Below, one piece after another: positions 38,901-48,826 of a DNA stretch of 64,000 nt (within the stretch, counting starts at the first letter, position 1; the number at the start of each line of letters is the position of its first letter). Source of the stretch: a virus. A model generated the notes under the pieces. That model was not told where the DNA came from, ran no database searches, and saw only the letters and a list, made by a program, of their open reading frames with translations. The translations under genes were made by a program, and so were the position numbers. Location: the UHGV virus genome UHGV-1359874; one strand, 5' to 3'.

Positions 38901-41900
38901 TTTACCAGTTAATTTATCTTGAACCTTTTGTAATCTATCATAACTATCTGTTAGATTATTAATCTTGATATTTATATCATGGTATCTATCAATGGTGTCA
39001 GTATTTAGATCTTTTGTCTTAGGTGTTTTAGGCTGAGAAGCTTTTCCACTTCCGCCACCGCCACCTCTTTTACCACTTCCACCACTCTTCTTAGAGGTTC
39101 TACCACTACCTCCGCCATGTCTAGGTGTACTATTAGTAAATTTAACATTGCCGCCAGTAGACTTTTTAGCAGAAGTAACTTGAACACCAGTACCTATTTG
39201 AGAAACTTTATTCTGAACAGTTACTTCTTTTGGTCTATAACTAATAGAAGGAATGTCATAAGGCTGTTTCTCATTTCCCAAGAAACCGACCATTGGGTAA
39301 ATAGCATTACCTTTATTATGAGTAACAATAGCTTCAACGCCAGCGTAAGTACTTTCTGAAGTCTGATCTTGCTGGGCAGATGTTACTTCTGCATCAATAC
39401 CCATTCCAGAAAGAATATCTTGAGCTTCATCAACAGTAACGCCTAAATCGTTGAGCATAGTAGTCAATCCAGCTAAGAAATCTGCATTATCAATACTAGC
39501 GCCAACTTGGATGTCATCTAAATTAATATTATATTGATCTAAAAGTCCATTAAATTCATCAAAAACAGCATTTATCTGTTCATCATCTAATCCAATTCCT
39601 AATAAAATATCTTGAACAGCAGCTTGTTGTAATTGCTCATAGGCTTCTTCACTACCATTTAAAGCATCCTGCATTAATTGAAGATTTTCTGTACTCTCTA
39701 AGAAAGAACTCGAAAGACGACTTCCATCAATATCAAGTAAATCGCCATAAGTTTCAGCTAATTCATCTGCAGTATCAGATGTTAAATGGCCTGTTTCTGC
39801 AGCAACTTCTAAATCATTTATCCAATCTTCTATGTTATCAATACTTGAATTAACAGCTTTATCATAACGAAGTTGGTCTTTTGCCATTTCCGCTAATTCT
39901 GAACTTGCTACTTCTGTATATTCACCAGAATCTTTAAGCTCTTTTGCATAGCGTTCAATATCTTCTGCGGCAAGACCAGTTTGTTCTGCAAGATAACCAG
40001 CCTGAGTAGCTAGCTCTAACGCACTGGTTGCATTATTAATAAGTACGTCATTTCCAGTACCAAGCGCGCTATTAAACCTTTCTAATTCATCAGATGTGCT
40101 ATCATAATTGCCCGCTAATTCAGTAAGCTTATTCGTATAATCATCAAAAGTAACGTTAGCACCAGAATTTAATGCTTTCGCAGTTTCCGCGGCAAGCTGA
40201 GCCGCATTTTCTGCAGAAGCCATATTATTAACTGCTTCAACAGTTGCTTGAGCTTGTTCTAAATTCTCTCTAAAGTCTGTAATATTAGGATTTAATCTTT
40301 CAAGAATTTCATCAAGATATTCTAGGTTATCTGTTGAAATATTTTCAAATATATCTTCATCGGTTGCGGTAGCAGGATTTTCTTCTGTTCCATTGCGTTT
40401 AGCTTCAGCAGCATATTCAGCTAAACGATCTCTTATAGCAGAAATTTTATCTGAATATTGAGTTGTAACACCCTCAAGCGAGCCATCTTCACCAATTTGG
40501 ACTTCTTCTACTGTTGGAAAAGTAGATTTTATAACAGTTAAAAAAGCATCGTGATTTGTCTTAGCTAATTCTTCCAAATCTTTATGCTTACTTAATAAGC
40601 CTTGTAGCTGATCCTCTAAACCTAAGACATAATCATTGTAAGTGCCCGCTACAGTACTTGAACTAGCCCATTCTTCTCCCGCTTTTTGTAGATCAGTGTT
40701 TAATGCAGCTCCGTTATCACCTTGGAATAAACTGTAAATAGCATTCATTGCATCTTGAGCACCTTGTATTACGTCATCTTGATTTTCAATACCATTAACA
40801 CCAAGTCTAACCCCTTGAAGATAGTTATTCAACATCGTATCTGCATTATCAAAACCAGCATCTTTTAGTTGATTATAAGCTGCATTTTTAGAGGGGTCAG
40901 ATGTTAAAATACCTTGAATATAGTCTACATTAATTTTAGAGGCTGCATCGGCAGCTGCTTGAGCTGCCTGAATTTCTGTTTCGCCTTCTTCTGTAAAAGA
41001 AGTTATACTATTAAGATAACTAGTTAAAGTATCTTTTATTGCATCTGAGCCTGGAATTTCAGATTTAATAATATCTAAAGCTTTATTAAAATCATCAGTT
41101 TGAACTGCATTTATCAAATCTTGTCCAGATTTATGTAAAGCAGTTGAAACTTTAGCAATAGCTTCTTGTACATCAGAAGAAACATTATCTAAAGTAGAAA
41201 CATTACTCTGTATTTGACCAACTGCAGTTTGCGCTCCTTGACGATAGCTGTTTATCCTATCTTGACCAGCAGAAGAATTAATATCATATTTAGCTTTTGT
41301 ATTTTCTAAATTTTTCTTTGCATCTTGATATTGTTTATCATATGCTTGCAAATTTTCTTTTTGATTATCAGTATAAAAATTTTGTTGTTGCATTTTATAC
41401 TGCTGTTCAAGCAAATCAATAGTATCTCTAATACCGTCTTGATTTTTAAGAACTGCTTCACCTTGGTCATTATAATAAGCTAATAAATCACTATTAAGAT
41501 TAACTAATTTATCTTTTATCTCGTTATATTGTTTTCGCTCTGATTCAGTTAAATTTTGAATATTCTTATCATAAGCACCAGCTCTTGCAGCTAACCTGTC
41601 ATAAGTTTCTTCTAAACCTTCTAATTCTTCTTTATTTGAACGATAAGTGCTAGAAGTATTGCTAAAATTCTGCATTGAATCATTTAAATTAGAAATTTGT
41701 TCTTCTGCTTCTTTAGCACTCATTGTCAAAGCATCATATGCAGTTGTAACAATAGGGATAGCAGTTGCTAATGCAGTTAAAGCTAATAGTGCAGGACCTG
41801 CTGGTGTTGCCATTATTGCCGCAAAAGTAGATTCCGCGGCACCAGTCAAACCTACTAAAGCTGTCTTTAATCCACCTATACCAGAAATAATAAGCGGGAT

Positions 41901-44522
41901 TGCCATGGTAATACCACTCATTATTTGTAAAGCTTTTTGACCGCCGCTAATACTTTCATCATTAACAATATTATAAATATTTGAAAATGTTTGCATTACA
42001 GAAACTAATTGTCCAAGAGCACCTGCAAATTGAGTAACTTGAGCAGTAGCTTTAGCAAAATTTAAAGCTTTGTTATTCTGGCCTAAGAAAGAATCCATAG
42101 CTTCTTTTATTGCAGTCTCTTTTTGAGCTTTAGTAAAAGAATCATTAGTTGCTATTTCAGACAATTTTGAAATAAGTTCTGTAATTTTAGGAGTGGTAGA
42201 ACCAACAACTGCCTGTAACTTTTGAAAAGCTTCTTCTTGCTTTTCTACTCCAACAGTATCATCCATAATAACATCGAGTTCATTAAATACAGATATTAAT
42301 TGTTTAACTTCCTGTGAACCCTCTGGGAAAAGAGCTATTAAAGATCTTATTTGATTCTCTAAACTGTCAATATCTCCTTCAACAGTACCAGATTGAAAAG
42401 TCTGTTTTAAAGTTTCTTGCAGTTTAGTTAATTCCTGTTCGGCTTGTTTAATATTTTCTTTAATTCTATCATCAAAAATTGTAGGATTATCAACATCTAA
42501 TTTACTTTTTAATTCTGCAATTTCTATTTCTTTTTCTTTTATTTTTTCAAGAACACTTGTTACAGGAGAAAAATCTATTGTAGTCATTTCTTGATACTTA
42601 CTAATCAATAATTCAGCTTGATTAGTAGCATCTGCCCACTCATCAGAATCTTTTGGTGAAAATAATTTTTCTATACCAGTTGCGTTAGTTCCAGTAATTT
42701 CTCCAATTTTTTGTAATTGAACAATAGCTTCTTCTTGACTATTCTTTAATTTAGTAATTGCTATAGTTGCTGCTTCATATTTCTTTAAAGCTTCATCATA
42801 AGTTTCTCTAACATCTTCTGGCATTATATCGCCATATTGTAATCTTAAAGCTCGTTTAGAAGCAATATCACTAACAACCTCATCTCCTAAACCTTGAAAC
42901 TCTTCTGCTGTAGCTAATTGATCTTTAATATTCTTAGTTACAGATTGAACGGTCATTAAACGAGAAACTAAAGTTCCTAAACTAGCACCAATCTGCTTAT
43001 TAAAGACATTCATTGCGGTAGAACCAAGAGCTAAAAGAACTCCCTTACCACCGCCCATTGCATCTGTAACATTAGCCAACAAATCAAGAATTTCACCTAA
43101 ACCATCAGCAATAGTATTAATAGATTTAGAATCAAGAAAAGAATCAAATAAATTTTCTGCGGATGCAGTTAATTCATCCAAATGAGCGCGAGTTGATTCC
43201 ATATAAATATCTTGCTGTTTCTGCAAGGTACCAGTTGCATTCTCTGCGCCTTCCAGTGTCTTTTTATACGTATCCCAGTTATCGAATAAAGCCAGTAAGT
43301 TATTTGCCTGACGAGTACCAGCCATTGTACGAGCAAGAGCGATTTGCTGCTCACGACTCATATCAGCCCACTTGTCACCGACTTCTTCAACAACAGAACC
43401 CATATCTCGGAGTTTGCCTGTACTATCAAGCACGTTAACTCCCATTTTTGCCATCTCACCAGTATAATTACCAAGTGAGATTTCTGCATCTTCAGTACCA
43501 GCTTCAATATCAGAAATACGCATCAAAATCGTTTTAAATGCGGTACCTACACTAGAAGCGTCCTGACGCGTAACCTGAATAACAGTAGCAAGAGATGAAG
43601 CTAATTGCTCCTCAGTCATACCCATTGCATTTGCGGTTGATGCTGTTTTAGACATAGCTTCAGACAATTCATCCAAGCTAGATGCGGTGTCAGCACCGAC
43701 ACGAGCCAGAATATCCATTGCCTTCTCAGCTTCTTCTGAACCTACTTTATAGCCATTTAAAACGGCGGTTACATATTCTGCTGAATCATCTGCACTCAAA
43801 CCAGAAGCATTAGCTACCTTTAAAGTTAAATCAGCTCTAGCTTGCACTTCTTGGTCATTCAAACCTTGTTGATAGAAGGTTAATGCGGCATTCGTATAAT
43901 CAGTAGTAGTTGCACCTAAAGCTTTAGCAGCTTTATTAGCTTTCTCCGCAAAAATATCCATATCTTCAGCAGATTTTTCTGTAACAATACGAATATTATT
44001 TAATGAAGTATCTAAGCTTTTAACATAACCATATGCTTCTTGAGCTTTACCAGAAATTGCATTGATTGCCGCACTTGCAATATTCCATTTAATAGTATGA
44101 CTTAGCGTCTCACTCATTTTATCCAAAAGTGTCTTAGTCTTTTGAATTTCTTTATTTGCAGATAAAGTTGTTGAAACTAATTTCTGAAAAGCTATCTGGC
44201 CAGTAGAACCAGCTTTTTGGAAAGCTGAATAAATTTCTTCAATAGAAGTATCAGTTTTCTTTAAGACATTATTAAAAGTTTGAATATTAACAGTATTTAA
44301 TTTAGGATTAAAGGCTTTTGTTAAAGCATCTTCAACAGTAGCCGCAACAGATTTAACACGAAGCAATTCTTTAGAAACATTTTCAAATTGTTTACCAGGA
44401 TTATTTGCAAGAAAAGCTTCACTAGTCATTTTTTGAATTGATTGTAATGAAGATTTCAAAGAAGATAAACCAGATTTATCAACATTATAACCTACATTAA
44501 TACGGACATTTGTATCCGCCAT
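35919..44522 (-). CDS. tail tape-measure protein, giant (2867 aa)
   Basis: Extreme length. Pervasive coiled-coil composition. Hydrophobic Gly/Ala-rich segment (~'GITMAIPLIISGIGGLKTALVGLTGAA'). Located after the major tail and chaperone-like genes. Confidence 0.55.
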   Translation of the reverse strand: MADTNVRINVGYNVDKSGLSSLKSSLQSIQKMTSEAFLANNPGKQFENVSKELLRVKSVAATVEDALTKAFNPKLNTVNIQTFNNVLKKTDTSIEEIYSAFQKAGSTGQIAFQKLVSTTLSANKEIQKTKTLLDKMSETLSHTIKWNIASAAINAISGKAQEAYGYVKSLDTSLNNIRIVTEKSAEDMDIFAEKANKAAKALGATTTDYTNAALTFYQQGLNDQEVQARADLTLKVANASGLSADDSAEYVTAVLNGYKVGSEEAEKAMDILARVGADTASSLDELSEAMSKTASTANAMGMTEEQLASSLATVIQVTRQDASSVGTAFKTILMRISDIEAGTEDAEISLGNYTGEMAKMGVNVLDSTGKLRDMGSVVEEVGDKWADMSREQQIALARTMAGTRQANNLLALFDNWDTYKKTLEGAENATGTLQKQQDIYMESTRAHLDELTASAENLFDSFLDSKSINTIADGLGEILDLLANVTDAMGGGKGVLLALGSTAMNVFNKQIGASLGTLVSRLMTVQSVTKNIKDQLATAEEFQGLGDEVVSDIASKRALRLQYGDIMPEDVRETYDEALKKYEAATIAITKLKNSQEEAIVQLQKIGEITGTNATGIEKLFSPKDSDEWADATNQAELLISKYQEMTTIDFSPVTSVLEKIKEKEIEIAELKSKLDVDNPTIFDDRIKENIKQAEQELTKLQETLKQTFQSGTVEGDIDSLENQIRSLIALFPEGSQEVKQLISVFNELDVIMDDTVGVEKQEEAFQKLQAVVGSTTPKITELISKLSEIATNDSFTKAQKETAIKEAMDSFLGQNNKALNFAKATAQVTQFAGALGQLVSVMQTFSNIYNIVNDESISGGQKALQIMSGITMAIPLIISGIGGLKTALVGLTGAAESTFAAIMATPAGPALLALTALATAIPIVTTAYDALTMSAKEAEEQISNLNDSMQNFSNTSSTYRSNKEELEGLEETYDRLAARAGAYDKNIQNLTESERKQYNEIKDKLVNLNSDLLAYYNDQGEAVLKNQDGIRDTIDLLEQQYKMQQQNFYTDNQKENLQAYDKQYQDAKKNLENTKAKYDINSSAGQDRINSYRQGAQTAVGQIQSNVSTLDNVSSDVQEAIAKVSTALHKSGQDLINAVQTDDFNKALDIIKSEIPGSDAIKDTLTSYLNSITSFTEEGETEIQAAQAAADAASKINVDYIQGILTSDPSKNAAYNQLKDAGFDNADTMLNNYLQGVRLGVNGIENQDDVIQGAQDAMNAIYSLFQGDNGAALNTDLQKAGEEWASSSTVAGTYNDYVLGLEDQLQGLLSKHKDLEELAKTNHDAFLTVIKSTFPTVEEVQIGEDGSLEGVTTQYSDKISAIRDRLAEYAAEAKRNGTEENPATATDEDIFENISTDNLEYLDEILERLNPNITDFRENLEQAQATVEAVNNMASAENAAQLAAETAKALNSGANVTFDDYTNKLTELAGNYDSTSDELERFNSALGTGNDVLINNATSALELATQAGYLAEQTGLAAEDIERYAKELKDSGEYTEVASSELAEMAKDQLRYDKAVNSSIDNIEDWINDLEVAAETGHLTSDTADELAETYGDLLDIDGSRLSSSFLESTENLQLMQDALNGSEEAYEQLQQAAVQDILLGIGLDDEQINAVFDEFNGLLDQYNINLDDIQVGASIDNADFLAGLTTMLNDLGVTVDEAQDILSGMGIDAEVTSAQQDQTSESTYAGVEAIVTHNKGNAIYPMVGFLGNEKQPYDIPSISYRPKEVTVQNKVSQIGTGVQVTSAKKSTGGNVKFTNSTPRHGGGSGRTSKKSGGSGKRGGGGGSGKASQPKTPKTKDLNTDTIDRYHDINIKINNLTDSYDRLQKVQDKLTGKDLINNLNKQLVILEKQRDAYKAKIELAKQEANEIKNSLAQYGATFDANGEISNYAVLLTKAQQNLNSVIGWYNSLSADAQDEAADKKVTKAQKEYDKIKEMVTNYDKLINETIPDLEDDITEALSSAIELQVQKFDMEVKLRLDMGEAMRDWNEFKRKVIDDLDDDDLLGKALQNRADILSYYNTANSGVGSIQSLTSKIGNTATPGSILGELQKMQNGGHSSIYSAYDAATGTWVDDMASAVDDLKESYKELMTELENLEDLEQNVTDAFLDSIDAVNDALDKNKEAYEFLGDQINHDINLIQKLYGDDAYDLMDTYYEKQLTNIQAELAARQNAATYWKQLMDAERAAIEQGNGNKEALEKYEENWKSAVSDVNGLVENWAEALTTKYENTIDALVKSLNDKVSNGKGLDYLEEQLNLLNDNADNYLDTINAAYAKQQLQNKWQDAINDTDSVTTQQKLNELMQTQMKMLEEKGELTQYDIDRAEKEYEIALKQIALQEAQQNQSKMRLKRDANGNYSYQFVSDEDSIRQAQQDLADAQNSLYNFDKDAYKNNLNDMYSVWSEFQDKVAQAYKDYADDQDALQEHIALLQEQYGEKINYLTEQNLNIRTNLTDSAFNDLANLYNVDVSNFQNMTDEEKDLIMNNLVPEWTSGVQEMIDKFSGEGGFEQTCQDTFDKLKEAAQDYVQNIDNISQTNQRVSNEAYEEGQKLLQESNQLIDSAKQEYQAIGDVVNQVKELIAAYRQAKSEAIGATKAAYDFIQAKNAKDAAQAAEERRRAEEAAKAMSAANSSNSSSSDSGAGSGSDKDGTASVGDVVGYNGRYYYDSYGKAPAGSKYSGVADGVVIDKMNDNAYGVHIHSADGEYGDLGWIKKSQLFGYDTGGYTGTWGEDGRLALLHQKELVLNKDDTANMLSAMNVLREIVSRIGDNVFNNTAAILSTIGSTVTAPKDSSTLEQTVYITAKFEGQTEASQIETALKNLVNTASQRAYRNNK

Positions 44523-44565
44523 AACTCCTTTTTCCTCCTTTAAATCATTTCACTGATTTTGGGTA

Positions 44566-44606
44566 TAAAAAAATACCCCTACTACCAGTATATGATAATA
44601 GGGGTA
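44566..44606 (-). terminator. hairpin terminator/attenuator immediately upstream of the tape-measure gene
   Basis: tacccct...aggggta hairpin with an A-run (a U-run on the minus transcript). Confidence 0.45.
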
Positions 44607-44634
44607 TTGCTATTAACTTAAATTACCCAATTAA

Positions 44635-45216
44635 TTAAGATTTTGTTGCTTTAACAACAGAAAGCTTAGGATTAGTGGTTACAGATTTATTATCTTCAAA
44701 ACCGCTTGCTTTTGCAAAATTTAATAAACGCTGAAACTGGGCTGGATCAAAACCATCAACGACTGCAGCCGCAGTTTTAGCATTTTCAGGCAAATCAACA
44801 ATTAAACTCTTAACGATTGCAGCAGTACTTAGATCATACTTCTCACGAGATGCGCGCACACGCTGTAAATCATTGAATACTGCGGTGTATTCGTCTTCAT
44901 CCATCGCCTGAAGGAACGCCGCCATGAAACCTGAACTAACCATAGCGTCATATAGCTTAGGTTCATTCTCCTTCTGTTTTTCGGTAAAAGTAATATTACT
45001 ATAAAGATAAACCATATTCAAATGAAAATACATATCTAACACAGTCTCATTATAAATACCATCTTCTTCTGCTTTTTGTAAAGCAATCTCTATTAAATCA
45101 ATCTTATCTTCAACAGGAAGATAATGTAGAACCTCAATCTCTTGGTTATTAAAAGTAAATTTATTGACTTCTGTATTCACTTTTAAACCAATTTTACTAT
45201 ATGCAATCTTACCCAT
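44635..45216 (-). CDS. putative tail assembly chaperone-like protein (193 aa)
   Basis: Position immediately upstream of the tape-measure gene. No sequence motif. Confidence 0.3.
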   Translation of the reverse strand: MGKIAYSKIGLKVNTEVNKFTFNNQEIEVLHYLPVEDKIDLIEIALQKAEEDGIYNETVLDMYFHLNMVYLYSNITFTEKQKENEPKLYDAMVSSGFMAAFLQAMDEDEYTAVFNDLQRVRASREKYDLSTAAIVKSLIVDLPENAKTAAAVVDGFDPAQFQRLLNFAKASGFEDNKSVTTNPKLSVVKATKS

Positions 45217-45281
45217 AGTTAAATCAAAACTCCTTTTATCTCATGTCCTTTTTTATATTATACAACAAAATTTTCTAGTTG

Positions 45282-45755
45282 TCAAGTTTGCGGTGGTTGC
45301 TTAGGTAAATCACGGATTTCATTCATCATATCTTCAATAAAACTATTGCCGCCCTCTTGTACATAATGTTTATATCGTTTCTCACAACAATCTAAGCTAT
45401 AATCATCAACCCAGCCTCTTTGGTAGCAAAAATAATGATGTTCTTTTACTAAAAATGATTTTATATCATCTTTATCTGAGTCTATTAGTGCATCAATTTT
45501 ATTTGAAAGTTTCTCCATAGCTATCATCATTTCAGCTTGATTTTTTTCTAATTTTTGAATAGCCACACTTTCTTGTTGCAACTTTGCATCTAAATCTTCT
45601 TGAGTCTTTGTTTCAGCGTACTCTTTTTTATAAACGCGGCCTAATCTTTCTTTCGCCCAGTCAAAAAATGAAATAGCCCCTTTAATAGCTATAGCAAGAA
45701 GAACCATAAATATTAAAATGTCTTGCAAAGAGTACGCTTTAAGAAGTGCTTCCAT
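45282..45755 (-). CDS. hypothetical protein (157 aa), N-terminal TM segment
   Basis: 'ILIFMVLLAIAIKGAISFF' hydrophobic segment. Confidence 0.3.
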   Translation of the reverse strand: MEALLKAYSLQDILIFMVLLAIAIKGAISFFDWAKERLGRVYKKEYAETKTQEDLDAKLQQESVAIQKLEKNQAEMMIAMEKLSNKIDALIDSDKDDIKSFLVKEHHYFCYQRGWVDDYSLDCCEKRYKHYVQEGGNSFIEDMMNEIRDLPKQPPQT

Positions 45756-45772
45756 ATTTCATTTTGCCATCC

Positions 45773-46939
45773 TTAATCTGCATTTAATAGTGCAGTCTTT
45801 ACTCCATTAATAAGTTCTGCTACATTATTTAATATATCTTTGTTATCTTTGCCAAAAGCAGATTTTAAACTAATTAAAGCATTATTTTGGAAAACGCTAG
45901 AAGAAGAAGCTTCTTGTTCCAAGAAATATTGTTCTAATTCTTCCGGAGTTAATTCTTTTAAATCTTTTACCCAATAAGCTGTTTCAAGTAAAGGATTAAA
46001 ACTTCCTGAACTTGAGGTACCAGCAGTTTTTACTGCTAATTGAACTTTTCCTAAAATTCCATTAGATAAATCACCTAAAACAGCACCAGCTCTATTATCA
46101 ACTACCATAATATATTTTGCATAATAATAAGGAATACCAGGTTCGTTATGTCCAGGAATATCTATTTTAAAATGACCATCATTCTCTTTTTTATTAAACA
46201 AAGCAGAAGCATAAGCCTCATTAAGAATACCTCTATTAGTAAGTTTTAAATACCAACGTCTACTTTTTCCAGCACTGTGATAATATATCCATTTATTAGA
46301 TTCTTTTTTAGCAACAGAATATCTCTCTTGTAAAGTATTATAAACTTTATATAAATTATCATACTTTTTATTTAAAATATCGCCAGTTACTTTAACAGAA
46401 TTAGTTTTATTAAATAATAAAGAGGTATTTTTTGTAAAATTTAGTCTACTTCTTTTAGTAATCTTGCCAGATTTATTATAAATTTCTTGTACAGAAGCTT
46501 CATTGTGTAACCATAAAGAACCGTTAGAATCCATTATAGTAAGAATAACTATTCTTCCTAAAAAATCATTTAAAGCTTGCTCAAAACTTAATAAAGCATT
46601 TATAATATTAGTATTTTTTTCAGCATTTTTTACAATATTTTTTAACTTTTCTAATTGAGCATTTGCTGCCTCTGCATTTTGAAAACTTTGACCTATTACA
46701 CTGCTATATTCTAATTGTCCTTTACTATTTATAACAGCAATTAAGGCATTTGCCGCATCTTTTAATTTACTAAATTTTCCTCTTAAATCTGGATCTGGAA
46801 ATTTAAATCCTTGTTCTGTTGCATTTTTTACATCTGTAATAATTTTTGTTATTATTTCTTCATCAAAAACATTCTCTTTTTGCAAATCTGCAATTTCAGC
46901 TTCAATACCTTTAATATATAATATTTGTTCATTAGTCAC
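45773..46939 (-). CDS. hypothetical tail-module protein (388 aa)
   Basis: ORF in the tail region. Confidence 0.3.
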   Translation of the reverse strand: MTNEQILYIKGIEAEIADLQKENVFDEEIITKIITDVKNATEQGFKFPDPDLRGKFSKLKDAANALIAVINSKGQLEYSSVIGQSFQNAEAANAQLEKLKNIVKNAEKNTNIINALLSFEQALNDFLGRIVILTIMDSNGSLWLHNEASVQEIYNKSGKITKRSRLNFTKNTSLLFNKTNSVKVTGDILNKKYDNLYKVYNTLQERYSVAKKESNKWIYYHSAGKSRRWYLKLTNRGILNEAYASALFNKKENDGHFKIDIPGHNEPGIPYYYAKYIMVVDNRAGAVLGDLSNGILGKVQLAVKTAGTSSSGSFNPLLETAYWVKDLKELTPEELEQYFLEQEASSSSVFQNNALISLKSAFGKDNKDILNNVAELINGVKTALLNAD

Positions 46940-46957
46940 AACTAACTCACCTGCTTA

Positions 46958-46989
46958 AAAAAAAGGAGTGAGCACTAAGCCCACTCCTT
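46958..46989 (-). terminator. terminator after the major tail protein gene
   Basis: ggagtg...cactcc hairpin with an adjacent A-run. Confidence 0.5.
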
Positions 46990-47009
46990 TTAAATTCATT
47001 GTTACTCTA

Positions 47010-47972
47010 TTAGACCAGTTCGCCAGTCATATCTGTAGAATCATTGCCGGTTTCTTCAATCTTAAATCCAGCAGTATGAGCCATAACAGAACTCTGAGTA
47101 TCATTACCCATGCTAGCATCTTCAACGACTTGCATCACGCACAGAACCTTCTTGGTGCAGTTAAACATGGTATAACCAGGGAAGGCATCCATTGTAAAGC
47201 TGAAGGTAGAAGGATCGCCAGTAGAAGCCATGTTAAAAGTGAAGTTAGACTGAATCTTAACATTAGGCAAAGTCAGTTCAGCAGGCATATCTACACCATC
47301 ACTCTGACGACGGAATAGAGTGGAAGCTTCAACGTAATAGTTGCCAGCAAAGTGAGAAGCATCAATAGTCAATTCAGAAACATTTGCAGACTCCTTTAAC
47401 ACATAGAAATCAACAAATACAGTCTTACCAACCATAGTCTCATCTTTACCAGTTTTCTTCAAGATCTTCTTTTTACCAGCATCGTCAACGACAACTTCAA
47501 GGCCAGTCAATAACTCACCAGTAATAGAGCCATCACTTTCACAAACAGCGACAAACACAGGTGCAGTGTCATCAATTTCTTCTTCTGCTTCAAGAGCATC
47601 AGTCAAATCGATCTGAATACCATCAGCAGTAGCAGTGGCATCAACATAAGCAGAAGCGGTAGTGTGAACGTGAACCTTCTGGCCCTCTTTCTTAAATAGA
47701 CCAGCACCAGATAGAATAGCAAAACCGATTGGGCTGAGTAGAGCATCCTCAACAGTAAAGGTAAGAGTACGCTCACCTTCCCAAGTAATTAAACGAGTAT
47801 TGCCAGGTCCGCCCTGAGCATATACACTAGTTGCAGCACCCTCAAGGGTGGAAGTCTTTGCGGAGTCAATGTAGAGAACAGGCTGGCCGCGCTTAAAAGT
47901 ACTTGTACCAATTTTAGTAGTAGTTTTGGCCTTAAATACTACATTGCAAATCTCCCGGACGCCGAAACGCAT
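47010..47972 (-). CDS. putative major tail (tube) protein
   Basis: 320 aa. Higher-GC, highly expressed-looking codon usage. Flanked by terminators. Positioned between the head-tail connector genes and the tape measure. Confidence 0.45.
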   Translation of the reverse strand: MRFGVREICNVVFKAKTTTKIGTSTFKRGQPVLYIDSAKTSTLEGAATSVYAQGGPGNTRLITWEGERTLTFTVEDALLSPIGFAILSGAGLFKKEGQKVHVHTTASAYVDATATADGIQIDLTDALEAEEEIDDTAPVFVAVCESDGSITGELLTGLEVVVDDAGKKKILKKTGKDETMVGKTVFVDFYVLKESANVSELTIDASHFAGNYYVEASTLFRRQSDGVDMPAELTLPNVKIQSNFTFNMASTGDPSTFSFTMDAFPGYTMFNCTKKVLCVMQVVEDASMGNDTQSSVMAHTAGFKIEETGNDSTDMTGELV

Positions 47973-48071
47973 ATAAAATATCCTCCTCTATTTTATTGAA
48001 TGAATTAAATTCTTCATCATTCTTTATTGAATTAGTGTCTATCAATTTATATGAAAGACACACGTTTATTT

Positions 48072-48824
48072 TTATTCTTCGTGAATATCTTTCATCCAGT
48101 CATCCGCATCTTTAACGTCTTTAGCACCTGCTATTCTTAACTTAAATACAGTATCATGATTAGTTTTAAGGATATATCTCTCATATTCATCAAAAAGCTG
48201 ATATGGAGTATAATCCATAAAACTATTCATATCTTTCTGTTCACCAACAGTAAGAATTGAAATATATCTACTAAAAATAGAAGTTTTCTGATTTGCCTTT
48301 TGCATCTCAGCGCGTTTTTGATTTCCTTGCTTTAATTTATCCGCAATCTTTCTTGCAAGATCACCGCTTGGATTATAACCTTCATTACTACTTTTACCAA
48401 TAGGGACAATCTGTTCAAGAATTTGTTTAAAAGATCCATAATTTGCGTTATTTAAACACGTTTTAAAAACTTCTCGTTCATCTTGTCTTTTGATAAAAGT
48501 AATATCTTTTTTATTTAACTGGATTTCATATTCAGGAAATAAAATTGTCAATAACATTAAAGTGCAAACAGTATTCTTTTGAAATTCAGGAGTCTGTTTA
48601 TCATTCATTATTGACATTATTATATCAAAATCTGTTTGATTGCCTAAACGAGCTTTGTCCTCACTTGTTAAGGAGTCTTTTGAAAATTTTAGTAACTCAT
48701 ATCCTGTAAAGAAATTATTTTCACCTATTAAAGCAATTTCTTTAATTCGCGGTTGATGGATTACTAATGCGGCTTCTTTTAATGGAATGTCTATACCAGA
48801 TAATAAAATTAAATCATTTAACAT
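48072..48824 (-). CDS. hypothetical head-tail joining/tail completion protein
   Basis: Position only. Confidence 0.25.
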   Translation of the reverse strand: MLNDLILLSGIDIPLKEAALVIHQPRIKEIALIGENNFFTGYELLKFSKDSLTSEDKARLGNQTDFDIIMSIMNDKQTPEFQKNTVCTLMLLTILFPEYEIQLNKKDITFIKRQDEREVFKTCLNNANYGSFKQILEQIVPIGKSSNEGYNPSGDLARKIADKLKQGNQKRAEMQKANQKTSIFSRYISILTVGEQKDMNSFMDYTPYQLFDEYERYILKTNHDTVFKLRIAGAKDVKDADDWMKDIHEE

Positions 48825-48826
48825 TA

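Noticed and set aside
38997-39130. Gly/Lys-rich low-complexity stretch (GGGSGRTSKKSGGSGKRGGGGGSGK) as a separate feature or intein/linker insertion
   Set aside because: It is in-frame within the tape-measure ORF with no flanking splice or intein signatures. It is most simply a flexible basic linker.
44635-45755. Programmed -1 frameshift tail chaperone pair (G/GT) upstream of the tape measure
   Set aside because: The two candidate ORFs are separated by about 65 nt of non-coding sequence rather than overlapping, and no slippery heptamer was seen at the junction. I annotate them only as possible chaperone-like genes by position.
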